NCBI GenBank assembly: GCA_050943055.1
Contig: JBMNOL010000001.1
Location: forward strand, 15,750 to 79,749
Length of the DNA stretch: 64,000 nucleotides
From: Patescibacteria group bacterium
Lineage (GTDB): Bacteria; Patescibacteriota; Patescibacteriia; Patescibacteriales; UBA12465
Reading direction: 5' to 3'
Shown here: positions 55,238 to 64,000 of the stretch, one piece after another
Position numbering within the stretch: the stretch's first letter is position 1
Layout: every line of letters starts with the position of its first letter
Program-made: the position numbers and the translations under genes
Notes under the pieces: generated by a model
The model's input: the letters and a program-made list of their open reading frames with translations, nothing else
What the model was told of the DNA's origin: nothing
The model's database searches: none

Positions 55238-56179
55238 TTAATAAACGACTTTTGATTTCTTTATTTGATTTCTAGTTTGTAAATATTTATAAGCGGACAG
55301 TGCGGCCGTGGTCGCTTGTCCAACAGCCACCGTTATTTGTTTGTATTCGCTTTTATTGGTAACATCTCCAGCCGCGAACAAGCCAGGAGTTTTAGTTTCC
55401 ATTAAATTATTAACAACAAGCTGTAAACTATCATCACGATCAACTAAATCAGCTACAACATCAGTGTGAGCAATGCGACCAATTTCAATAAAGACACCAT
55501 CGACTGCTAACTCTTTTACTTCACCACCTGGTAATTCATAAACAATTTTTTCAACCTTACTGTCGCCGGCAATTTCTTTAACCACCGCATCGGCAATAAT
55601 AGTAATATTTTCTCGTTCTTTAACCTCAGTGATTAGAGATTCAAAAGCCTTAAAGTTTTGGTTGCGGTGCACCAGATAAACCTGGTTGGCAATTTTGGAA
55701 AGCATCTCCGCTGAATCAAAAGCGGAGTTGCCACCACCAATCACCACCACCGTTTTCCCGCGATATAAAGGGCCGTCACAATTAGCACAATAGGAAACGC
55801 CGTGCCCCATAAGCTCCACTTCTCCAGCGACCGCTAAACGGCGCGGCGATAAACCGATAGTTAAAATAACCGTCTTTGCTAAAAATTCTTCTTTATTTGT
55901 ATAAACTTTAAAAGTTTCATCGGCCATTTTTTCTAAACGCACCACTTCCGCTGTTTTGAGTTCGGCACCAAAAGAAAGCGCTTGATCGTGTAAGCGCTCA
56001 ATAAATTCAAAATTACTAATATTTTTAAAACCAGGATAGTTTTCAATTTCGGAAGCCCAAACTACCTGACCCCCTAATTGCTTACCGATAATCAAAGTTT
56101 TCATTTCTCGACGAGTTGAAAAAATAGCCGCCGTTAAACCGGCTGGACCTGAGCCAACAATTATTGTGTCGTATAACAT
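55238..56179 (-). CDS. trxB: thioredoxin-disulfide reductase
   Basis: FAD site MLYDTIIVGSGPAGLTAA, redox-active CANCDG, and NADPH site VVIGGGNSAFDSA. Confidence 0.85.
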   Translation of the reverse strand: MLYDTIIVGSGPAGLTAAIFSTRREMKTLIIGKQLGGQVVWASEIENYPGFKNISNFEFIERLHDQALSFGAELKTAEVVRLEKMADETFKVYTNKEEFLAKTVILTIGLSPRRLAVAGEVELMGHGVSYCANCDGPLYRGKTVVVIGGGNSAFDSAEMLSKIANQVYLVHRNQNFKAFESLITEVKERENITIIADAVVKEIAGDSKVEKIVYELPGGEVKELAVDGVFIEIGRIAHTDVVADLVDRDDSLQLVVNNLMETKTPGLFAAGDVTNKSEYKQITVAVGQATTAALSAYKYLQTRNQIKKSKVVY

Positions 56180-56208
56180 AAAAGGAAAAGAATTATTTCT
56201 TTAAGTTG

Positions 56209-56239
56209 AAATTATAACCTTTTTTTAATTTCTTTTCAA
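56209..56239 (-). promoter_or_regulatory. canonical sigma-70 promoter for trxB
   Basis: Minus strand: -35 TTGAAA (56234-56239), 17-nt spacer, -10 TATAAT (56209-56214), about 23 nt 5' UTR before the trxB ATG. Confidence 0.6.
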
Positions 56240-56266
56240 ATTTAAGCCTTTATTTTTATTATTTCA

Positions 56267-56298
56267 CTAATATTAGCTATTCTTACTAATATTAGCTA
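56267..56298. repeat. two direct copies of a 13-nt motif, each containing a perfect 10-bp palindrome
   Basis: CTAATATTAGCTA at 56267-56279 and 56286-56298. CTAATATTAG is its own reverse complement. The centre-to-centre distance is 19 bp, and the motifs lie 30-60 bp upstream of the trxB -35. Confidence 0.4.
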
Positions 56299-57002
56299 AA
56301 TAATAAGTGTTCTTTGAAAAACAATATGATTAGAAAAAATTTAAGAATTTAAACCTCTTAAAAAATATTTAACTTAGAGAAAATTAGTAACAAAAAACTC
56401 TTTAAAAAATAATAATTTTAAGAAAAGTTTTTAAAGAAGAATCCCTCCCTTTTTTCTAAAGCCTAATAACTAAAAAACTAACTCACTTTTAAATTTTATT
56501 TTCAACAAAAAGCTTAACTCAAATATATTGTATTTTTAAACTATCTAATTTTAACCTTTTTGAGAAAATCCTTATCTAAATATATTTTAATAAATTACAA
56601 TTCTTTTTTGGGGAATTTTTAAAATCTATACCATTTTAATTAAAAATACTTTTTATGTTCCTTAAGGAACTTGACTATTTTTTAAAAGGGTAAAAATGTC
56701 TTTAAAAAAATAAAGAGATAAGTCCAGAGTGTTGTCGACTTATCTCCTTAAAAAATATTTTCTTTATTTTTTCTTTAGATTACCTTTAATTTAAAATCAA
56801 GAGATTATCTTAACTATCACCATCACCTTAGTCTGGGCATAAATCTATTTTTTAAATCAAAAAAGGGGAAAGATCAAAAAATAAATTAAACCAAACAATT
56901 ATTTATTAAACCAAAAAAGACTCTTAATTCTTAAAACCCACCCCTTAATTACCCAAAAAACTTCAACTTTTCTAAAATTATTTGCTAATATTAATTAAAT
57001 TG

Positions 57003-57076
<74 letters not shown>

Positions 57077-57155
57077 ATTTTAAAATTTAACACGACAATC
57101 ATAACTAATTTAATAAAATTAGTAAAGACTGCCTTTGTATTTTTTACAGGATCGG

Positions 57156-57227
57156 CGTCTTCGTCAGGAATCGAACCTGAATCTAGAACTTAGGAGGTTC
57201 TTGTTCTATCCATTGAACTACGAAGAC
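57156..57227 (-). tRNA. tRNA-Arg (anticodon CCU)
   Basis: Reverse complement GTCTTCGTAGTTCAATGGATAGAACAAGAACCTCCTAAGTTCTAGATTCAGGTTCGATTCCTGACGAAGACG with discriminator G. Confidence 0.75.
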
Positions 57228-57355
57228 CAGGAATTCTTTCTTTAGTATGCTTTTTTTATTATTTTAAGTCAATTATTTTTTGACAAATGACCACCTATCG
57301 CTTAGAATTAAGTTGTTATTAATAACAACCCGCGCACGCTTGGGTTTTTAAAATT

Positions 57356-57763
57356 ATGTTTAACAAAGAAATGAAACTAGAAAAATTTAAGGATGCCGAA
57401 ACCGTTATTGGCTCGTCAGTTTTTGTTAAGGGTGACTTCCATGGCACCGGAAACATTATCATTGAAGGTAGTCTTGAAGGTAGCTTAAAAACTGATGCTG
57501 ATGTCTATATCGGCGAAAAAGCCCAAGTTACTGCTACTATTGAAGCGGCCAATGCCACTATCAACGGCCAAATTAACGGTACGGTAAAAGTTAGTCAGTA
57601 TCTAGCCTTAGGAAGCACCGCCAAAATTACTGGTGATGTTAATTTTCAAGAACTTTCTGTTGTTAGGGGTGCTCTGATTAATGGTCGCCTAAGCAGTCAT
57701 GGTGCTGGTCGCAATAAAAAAAATGCCCCCGATAAAAAAGATGTTTTAGTAGAAGACGAGTAA
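57356..57763 (+). CDS. bactofilin-family cytoskeletal protein
   Basis: DUF583 beta-helical repeats: VIGSSVFVKGDFHGTGNIIIEGSLEGSLKTDADVYIGEKAQVTATIEAANATINGQINGTVKV. Confidence 0.85.
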   Translation: MFNKEMKLEKFKDAETVIGSSVFVKGDFHGTGNIIIEGSLEGSLKTDADVYIGEKAQVTATIEAANATINGQINGTVKVSQYLALGSTAKITGDVNFQELSVVRGALINGRLSSHGAGRNKKNAPDKKDVLVEDE

Positions 57764-57786
57764 TTTATTGATTAGAAGGGGCGCTT

Positions 57787-58539
57787 ATGAACATCTATAT
57801 TTACGATGATTATTTAAATAAACCAAAATACAGCCGCATTTTAAACCGGGTTGAGATTCGTTTGACTGATTTAAATTTAAACGGAAAGATTATTCGTTTA
57901 GGAACCATTAGAAATGTCTCCGATGTTATTCAAAATGAAATAAAAAACGGTGCTAAAACTATTGTTGCGGTTGGTAATAATCAAACGGTAAGTAAGGTGA
58001 TTGGAGCGATCATTGATAATGAGCTTTACGGCTTCTTTCAAAAAAATATTCTCTTTTCTATTATTCCTATTGGTGAAGATAACTCCATTGCCGAATCTTT
58101 AGGTATTAAAGCTGGTGAAGAAGCTTGTAATATTTTACTTGCTCGTCATATCAAAAAAATTGATATCGGGATTATTAATAACTATTACTTTTTAAATAAG
58201 GTTAGTTTGCCTAGTGCTGGTGCTGTCTTAGAGTTTAAAGATAATTTTTCTTTAAGCACTAATCAAAAAGGGATAATTGAAATTTTTAATCTTCGTAGCG
58301 CCACCGGTGATGATAAAAACTTAAAAGTTAACCCGGTTGATGGTTTGTTGGATGTTTACATAAAAACTGGTAAGGGGGTTAAAGATTTAACTCGTTTAAG
58401 TACCGACAATTTAAAAATCAGCGCCGCTGGCGCTGAACTGGTTGTTGATGGGGCTCTTAGTTTACCGGCACCGGCTAACATTAGTATTGTTCGCGGCAAA
58501 TTAAATGTCGTGGTTGGTCGCGATCGTAGTTTTGATTAA
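57787..58539 (+). CDS. DAGK_cat-like (YegS/BmrU lipid-kinase fold) protein with degenerate catalytic motifs
   Basis: TIVAVGNNQTVSKVIGAI aligns to the GGDGT block with GNNQT in its place. FSIIPIGEDNSIAESLGI aligns to the P-x-GTGND block. Confidence 0.45.
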   Translation: MNIYIYDDYLNKPKYSRILNRVEIRLTDLNLNGKIIRLGTIRNVSDVIQNEIKNGAKTIVAVGNNQTVSKVIGAIIDNELYGFFQKNILFSIIPIGEDNSIAESLGIKAGEEACNILLARHIKKIDIGIINNYYFLNKVSLPSAGAVLEFKDNFSLSTNQKGIIEIFNLRSATGDDKNLKVNPVDGLLDVYIKTGKGVKDLTRLSTDNLKISAAGAELVVDGALSLPAPANISIVRGKLNVVVGRDRSFD

Positions 58540-58571
58540 AAAAAACCGAACAGTCAAGTTCGGTTTTTAAA

Positions 58572-59324
58572 TTATTTTTCTTCAGAAACAGAGACAACTA
58601 CTCCATCAATAGGGCCTTGGTCCTGTTTTTTTTGAATTAAAAATTGCTGCAGTACAGTTAAAAGGCTAAAAATGAGCCAATAAAGAGTTAGTCCGCCCGG
58701 TAAATACAAACCAAAAATAATTGTCATTATGGGGAATAAATAAGAAGATTGTTTGCTCATTATTGCCGCCATATCCTCCATTCCTGAGCTTTTAGCAGTA
58801 GCCACTGTTTTAGTCTGATTCTTTAACATCATTTTACTTTGAATAAACTGAGCTGCCCCGGCTAAAATCGCTAAAACAACAACCGGTTGACCCAAATCAA
58901 CACCAAAAGAAATTGAACTAATCTCGGCCGCCGAACCAACAAAAGAATAAACTAAATTTAAATCCTCGGTTAGGCCCACTCGTAAAGATTGGAAAATTGC
59001 ATAAATAAAAGGAAGTTGAATTAAAAGAGGTAAACAAGAGGAAAAGGGATTTATTTTATGTTTCTTATACAATTCCATGGTTGCCCGACCTAAAGCCTCT
59101 TTATTGTCAGCATATTTCTTCTTTAATTCATTTAATTCAGCTTGAACTCCCTGTATCGCCAGTTGTGATTTAGTTGATTTTTGTGACAACGGCCAAAAAA
59201 TTAATTTAACAATAGTTGTTAATAAAATAATAGCAATCCCTAGATCACCCACCTGACCATATAAAAACACTAAAAGGTTGAGAATTGGTTGATAAAAGAT
59301 AACTTGAAAAAGGTTGCCAAACAT
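58572..59324 (-). CDS. yidC: membrane protein insertase YidC (short Oxa1-type)
   Basis: QPILNLLVFLYGQVGDLGIAIILLTTIVKLIFWPLSQKS and five TM helices of the 60 kDa IMP core. Confidence 0.85.
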   Translation of the reverse strand: MFGNLFQVIFYQPILNLLVFLYGQVGDLGIAIILLTTIVKLIFWPLSQKSTKSQLAIQGVQAELNELKKKYADNKEALGRATMELYKKHKINPFSSCLPLLIQLPFIYAIFQSLRVGLTEDLNLVYSFVGSAAEISSISFGVDLGQPVVVLAILAGAAQFIQSKMMLKNQTKTVATAKSSGMEDMAAIMSKQSSYLFPIMTIIFGLYLPGGLTLYWLIFSLLTVLQQFLIQKKQDQGPIDGVVVSVSEEK

Positions 59325-59336
59325 ATGTTTTATAAA

Positions 59337-59675
59337 TTATTTTAAACCACTTTTTACTAACAAATCATTGAGATTTTTATGTAAGTCTTCGTAAGATAAG
59401 TTTTTAATTTCCGGCTTAGTAACAATAACTAGATCGTAACCTTGCTTTAAGGTTTTATTTTCCTGATAAAATATCGCCCGCAGGCGACGCTTATAAAGAT
59501 TGCGAAGAACCGCTAATTTACTTACCTTTACCCCCACCAAAATACCCACACGATTAAATCCTAAATCATTATTAAAATATTTTAAACCTAAAGAACCGCT
59601 ATAAACAGAGCGGCCTTCTTTAAAAATGGAGCTAAACTCCCGGTTTTTTGTTAATCGATTTTTTGCGGGTAACAT
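59337..59675 (-). CDS. rnpA: ribonuclease P protein component
   Basis: 112 aa. Basic RnpA pattern LTKNREFSSIFKEGRSVYSGSLGLKY...RVGILVGVKVSKLAVLRNLYKRRLR. Confidence 0.8.
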   Translation of the reverse strand: MLPAKNRLTKNREFSSIFKEGRSVYSGSLGLKYFNNDLGFNRVGILVGVKVSKLAVLRNLYKRRLRAIFYQENKTLKQGYDLVIVTKPEIKNLSYEDLHKNLNDLLVKSGLK

Positions 59676-59693
59676 CCCTATTTTTGACTATCA

Positions 59694-59831
59694 TTATTTA
59701 GTCAAACTTTCTCTTCCTTTATCGCGTCGACGTTTCAAAACAGCCCGTCCATCCTTAGTCTCCATTCTACTCATAAAACCATGTTTTGTGCTGGCTCTTT
59801 TTTTATTTGGCTGATAGGTTCTTTTTGGCAT
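59694..59831 (-). CDS. rpmH: 50S ribosomal protein L34 (not in the ORF track, 45 aa)
   Basis: Hand translation of the minus strand gives [45 protein letters not shown], which matches the L34 consensus. It lies in the classic position upstream of rnpA. Confidence 0.85.
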   Translation of the reverse strand: MPKRTYQPNKKRASTKHGFMSRMETKDGRAVLKRRRDKGRESLTK

Positions 59832-60017
59832 AAAAAATGTTTGTTTCTACATTTAAAGTCTAATTCACTCTATCATTTTTATTTCGAACGGTCAATAATT
59901 TTTTTCTTTCTTATTTTTAACAATTATTAACAATTTACCCACATCTTGTAAACATTTTTCGCTTGTTAAAAAGTTTTTTATTAAATATAATGGAATCATA
60001 TTCTTACTCACCCCCTT

Positions 60018-61403
60018 ATGTCATACGAACAGATTTGGCAAGCCGTCTTAGGCGAAATTGAAATTGGCTTATCTCGAGCCAATTTTATTACTTGGTTTAA
60101 AAATACCTTTATCCATTCTCTTGAAGGTAATCATGTTGTTATTGGCGTTCCTAACACTTTTATTAAAAAGTGGTTAGAGGAAAAATATCATCGTAATATT
60201 GTCGCGGCTTTAGAAAATATTCTAAAAGAAAAAGTGGAGGTTTCTTATCAAGTTGAATTACGCCCAGCAATGGAAAAAGAAGCTACCCAAAAACCAACTA
60301 CCAACGAAACTATAAAAATACAACCAAACTTTTCCCCTTTACCTAATAATAACCCTACTTTTAATGGTGGGAAATCAAACTCCGGTTTAAATCCTAAATA
60401 TGTTTTTGAAAAATTTATTGTTGGTAAAAATAATGAACTTGCTTATGCTGCTTGTCAAGCGGTAGTTAATAATTTAGGCAAAGCCTACAACCCTTTATTT
60501 ATTTATGGCGGTGTTGGTTTAGGAAAAACTCATCTTTTGCAAGCAATTGGTAATGAGGTAGTAAAATTTAATAACCAACGGGTTTTATACACAACCTCCG
60601 AACAATTTACCAATGACTATATTCAAGCAGTGCACTCTGGAAAAGCGAAAGATTTTAAAAATTTATATCGCAATGTTGATCTTCTTCTAGTTGATGATGT
60701 TCAATTTATGGGTGGTAAAGACGGAACACAACAAGAATTTTTTCACACCTTTAATGAACTCCAGCAAGCTGATAAACAAATTGTTTTAAGTTCTGATAGA
60801 CCACCTAAATCTTTGCCGGCGATTGAGGCTCGCTTAATCTCTCGTTTTGAATCGGGAATGGTTGCTGATATTGGTAAACCAGATACTGAAACAAAAATTG
60901 CAATTCTAGAAAGACGAGCTGAAGAAAAAGGTTTTCCTTTAAGCCCAGAAATTCTAACTATGATGGCCGAGAGTGTTCAAAATAATATTCGTGAATTAGA
61001 GGGTTTATTAAATAAAATTATTGCTGTTCATCAACTTAAAGGTGTCCCAATTACAGAAAAAAGTGTTAAAGAAATTATGTCTGATTTTGTGGCCACCACT
61101 AAAACTAAATCTCTTTCTAATAAAGAAATTATTGATGCTGTTTGTCGCTACTATGATATTAATCAAAAAGATATTTTAGGTTCTAATCGAAAAAAAGAAT
61201 TTGTTTGGCCTCGGCAAATTGCTATTTATTTAATGCGCGAAGAATTAGAATCTTCTTATCCTACTATTGGCCAAGAAATGGGGGGTCGTGATCATACCAC
61301 CGCTATCCATGCTTATAATAAAATTCGCCATGAGGTTATTGATTTAGGTAATGAAAAAATAAAACAAGAATTAAATTCAATTAAACAACTGTTTTCTGTC
61401 TAG
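60018..61403 (+). CDS. dnaA: chromosomal replication initiator protein DnaA
   Basis: AAA+ Walker A GGVGLGKTHLLQAIGNE, Walker B LLLVDDVQF, and the C-terminal DNA-binding domain IGQEMGGRDHTTAIHAYNKI. Confidence 0.95.
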   Translation: MSYEQIWQAVLGEIEIGLSRANFITWFKNTFIHSLEGNHVVIGVPNTFIKKWLEEKYHRNIVAALENILKEKVEVSYQVELRPAMEKEATQKPTTNETIKIQPNFSPLPNNNPTFNGGKSNSGLNPKYVFEKFIVGKNNELAYAACQAVVNNLGKAYNPLFIYGGVGLGKTHLLQAIGNEVVKFNNQRVLYTTSEQFTNDYIQAVHSGKAKDFKNLYRNVDLLLVDDVQFMGGKDGTQQEFFHTFNELQQADKQIVLSSDRPPKSLPAIEARLISRFESGMVADIGKPDTETKIAILERRAEEKGFPLSPEILTMMAESVQNNIRELEGLLNKIIAVHQLKGVPITEKSVKEIMSDFVATTKTKSLSNKEIIDAVCRYYDINQKDILGSNRKKEFVWPRQIAIYLMREELESSYPTIGQEMGGRDHTTAIHAYNKIRHEVIDLGNEKIKQELNSIKQLFSV

Positions 61404-61647
61404 AGGATAAACTGTTCTTTAGGGGGTGATAGTTTGGGGTTAATTATCACTACTTGGGTATAATTTTAAAACTTTAAAAAGTTATCAATTTTTTATCAAT
61501 ACCTAATAAACTATCTACCCCTAGGTAATTAACAAGTAAAAACTATAATAATCTTAATTAATACCGACCTTTTTAAAAAATTCTTAAAATTATCCCCGCC
61601 CTTATTATTGTTTTTGTTTATATATATTATTATATAATTAATGTAAT

Positions 61648-62775
61648 ATGCGTTTAATAAGTACTCAAGAAAATTTAAAAAAAGCCCTTTCAATTACTAG
61701 TCATGGAACTGGTAAAAATATAAATTTACCCATCCTTAGTAATATTTTAATAAGAGCAAAAAATGGAATTATTGAATTAATAAGTACTAATCTAGAAATT
61801 GGTATTATTTATCAACTTCGTGGAAAAATTGAAGTTGAGGGTGAATTTACTGTTGATTCAAAGGTTATTACAGAATATATTAATTTATTACCAGGAGAGA
61901 ATATTTTATTAGAAGTTAATGATAATAGTTTGCAGGTAGAGTGTTTAAACTACCAAACAAAAATTAGAGGTGAATCAGCTCAAGAATTTCCTTTAATTCC
62001 TAATGTTAATCAGAGTAATTATTATTATTGTGAAGCTGATCAGTTGCGCCAAGCTTTAAATAGTGTTATTTTTGCGGCTTCAATTAGTGATAATCGGGTG
62101 GAGTTAGCGGGGGTTTTATTTAATTTTGAAGATAATGAGTTAACCTTAGCGGCTACTGATAGTTATCGTTTAGCCGAAAAAAAATTAGAAATTAAAGCAA
62201 AAAATGATTTTGTTAAACAAAGAGTAATTGTCCCCGCTAGAACAATTCAAGAATTGTTGAGAATTTTAAGTAATTATTCAACCGAAGGAGTTAATATAAA
62301 TAATAAAGAGGGGATAAAAATATCTGTTTCCGATAATCAAATTTTATTTTCTATTGATTCGGTGGAATTAGTTTCTCGTTTAATTAGTGGGCAATATCCT
62401 GATTATCAACAAATTATTCCTGATAAAACCCAAACTACAGTAAGAGTTAATCGTTCCGATTTTTTACGAGCCGCCAAAGCGACTGCAATTTTCTCCAAAG
62501 TCGGAATTAATGATATTAATTTAGAATTAGTTAGTGGAAAAATTATTATTTCCGCGTCTTCTGGTCAAACTGGTGAAAGTAGGGTGGAAATAAGTGCTGA
62601 TATTTCTGGTGATAATAATGAAATTGCTATAAATTATCGTTATTTAGTTGATGGTTTAAATAATTTAAATAGTGAGGAGGTAATAATCGGAATAAATAGT
62701 TCTAATACCCCCTGTGTTTTAACTAGTGATTCAGATCCGTCTTATTGTTACGTTGTAATGCCAATAAAACAATAA
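61648..62775 (+). CDS. dnaN: DNA polymerase III beta subunit (sliding clamp)
   Basis: 375 aa with three-domain clamp architecture, in conserved position after dnaA. Confidence 0.9.
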   Translation: MRLISTQENLKKALSITSHGTGKNINLPILSNILIRAKNGIIELISTNLEIGIIYQLRGKIEVEGEFTVDSKVITEYINLLPGENILLEVNDNSLQVECLNYQTKIRGESAQEFPLIPNVNQSNYYYCEADQLRQALNSVIFAASISDNRVELAGVLFNFEDNELTLAATDSYRLAEKKLEIKAKNDFVKQRVIVPARTIQELLRILSNYSTEGVNINNKEGIKISVSDNQILFSIDSVELVSRLISGQYPDYQQIIPDKTQTTVRVNRSDFLRAAKATAIFSKVGINDINLELVSGKIIISASSGQTGESRVEISADISGDNNEIAINYRYLVDGLNNLNSEEVIIGINSSNTPCVLTSDSDPSYCYVVMPIKQ

Positions 62776-62822
62776 TAAAAAATAAAAAAAAGAACCAGCC
62801 TATTAAGCTGGTTCTTTTTTTG

Positions 62823-64000
62823 TTACTCTTCAATTATTATATTATCAAGTGGAAAAATAATTGTACTGGTTGATATTACTTCAGTGGAGGTGGAAAATTC
62901 AGTATCTTCTAAGTCAGGAGGTGTGCTACTGCTAATAATTTCAATTAATGGTGGTGGTAAGGGTTGTTCAGGGGTAGACATAAATTCCCAATTCTTTTCT
63001 GCCCATTTTCTAATTCCTTCTTCCCATCTAACAAATTGAGGATCATTTTCTGGATTTTCTGGGGCTGGACCTAAAGGATCATCTTTATCAATATAAAATA
63101 AAATCGAGTGATTATCGCTTAACTGTTTTATCTCTAAAAATTCCTCAGGAGTATTAGGGCTGGCTGGCATTTTAGTGCGACTATCAAGATATAATTCACC
63201 AATTATTGGGCGTTCACCGTCTAAAATAGCTTTACCGGTTTTTTCTATTTTTGGTTGTTTAAAAACTTCTTTTGGTGTACCTTCTAAAGCCCGAGTCATA
63301 AATTTTTGCCAAATTGGAGCCGCAATTACACTTCCATCAGCACCAGTATTCATTTTGGTATTGTCGGTATTTCCAACCCAAACACCAGTAACTAAAGAAG
63401 GAGTATAGCCAATTGTCCAAGCATCTCTAAATTCATTAGTGGTCCCGGTTTTAGCGGCTACCTCACGATCATTTAAAGTTAAATAGTTTTTTGAGCCAAA
63501 AATAAAAGAACGCGCGTTATTATCAATTAAAATACTAGTTACCATTCGGGCGGTCTCTGAAGTTAAAATATTCCTCTTATTTGGTTGCCATTCTTCTAGG
63601 ATATTTCCATTCTTGTCTTCTACTTTTAAGATGACACTAGGGGTGCTAATTTCCCCATCACGAGCTAGGGCGCTAAAAGCATTAGTATGGTCCAATAAGC
63701 TAACCTCAGCGCCACCTAAGACCAAAGAGAGTCCAACTCCTTCACTTAAATTCTTATATCCTAAAGACTCTGCTAAAGAAATAACATTTTTTAAACCAGC
63801 TAAATATAAAACCTTAACAGCCGGAATATTTAAAGAACCAGCCAAGGCTTGTCGTAAAGTTACAGGTCCATACTCTTTTAAATTATAATTTTTTGGCGAG
63901 TAATTACCAAAATCCGTAACTGTATCAAAAACTAAAGTGTTGGGATTGTAGCCACCCTTTTCAAATAAAGCAGCATAAACAATCGGCTTAATAGAAGAGC
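62823..64000 (-). CDS. penicillin-binding protein (transpeptidase domain, C-terminal part; gene runs off the window end)
   Basis: KTGTT motif and a C-terminal Pro/Glu/Thr-rich tail. The frame stays open upstream of the TTG the track used as start (...YSPKNYNLKEYGPVTLRQALAGS...), so the CDS is partial. Confidence 0.75.
   Translation of the reverse strand, partial: SSIKPIVYAALFEKGGYNPNTLVFDTVTDFGNYSPKNYNLKEYGPVTLRQALAGSLNIPAVKVLYLAGLKNVISLAESLGYKNLSEGVGLSLVLGGAEVSLLDHTNAFSALARDGEISTPSVILKVEDKNGNILEEWQPNKRNILTSETARMVTSILIDNNARSFIFGSKNYLTLNDREVAAKTGTTNEFRDAWTIGYTPSLVTGVWVGNTDNTKMNTGADGSVIAAPIWQKFMTRALEGTPKEVFKQPKIEKTGKAILDGERPIIGELYLDSRTKMPASPNTPEEFLEIKQLSDNHSILFYIDKDDPLGPAPENPENDPQFVRWEEGIRKWAEKNWEFMSTPEQPLPPPLIEIISSSTPPDLEDTEFSTSTEVISTSTIIFPLDNIIIEE

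Noticed and set aside
56180-57000. AT-rich region as oriC
   Set aside because: It is separated from dnaA by bactofilin, the DAGK-like gene, yidC, rnpA and rpmH. It has no cluster of DnaA boxes, so it is kept only as an unexplained noncoding region.
59626-59814. 62-aa plus-strand ORF between rnpA and dnaA
   Set aside because: The opposite strand encodes a textbook L34 (rpmH). The plus-strand ORF is its antisense shadow.

Overview
This 64 kb window is a low-GC, tightly packed chromosomal segment that looks like a genome-reduced, CPR/Patescibacteria-like bacterium. Supporting features are an archaeal-type CMP kinase, weak Shine-Dalgarno sites, many small secreted or membrane proteins, and an array of T4SS-pilin-like paralogs. 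The right end covers the replication-origin neighbourhood: rpmH-rnpA-yidC on the minus strand facing dnaA-dnaN on the plus strand. The window holds about 75 credible CDSs, mostly housekeeping: glyQS, argS, uvrA, tsaD, tsaE, ychF, the rpsF-ssb-rpsR-efp block, rplS, smc, lspA, lgt, trxB, yidC, rnpA, an unannotated rpmH, dnaA and dnaN. It also holds 12 tRNA genes, with no rRNA, no CRISPR array, and no integrase or transposase. The most unusual content, in order, is listed here. (1) An operon encoding a multi-TM protein, a 1003-aa tandem fusion of two complete PilB/GspE-type secretion ATPases, a bacterial translin homologue and a metallophosphoesterase. (2) A tandem array of six, plus one nearby, T4SS-pilin-like paralogs whose promoter carries a perfect palindromic operator. 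(3) A candidate ~180-nt structured sRNA, 6S-like, driven by a perfect TTGACA-N17-TATATT promoter and read on the minus strand between two convergent genes. (4) A 40-nt promoter motif shared by an ECF sigma/anti-sigma operon and a downstream secreted-protein gene. (5) A GC-rich ~200-bp island bounded by a 17-nt duplicate of the tRNA-Glu 3' end. (6) Two long noncoding stretches, about 570 bp after tRNA-Cys and about 1.2 kb between trxB and two tRNAs, that may carry unannotated RNA genes or regulatory sites. The ORF track evidently uses TTG/GTG as well as ATG starts, so several starts were moved to the likely ATG.
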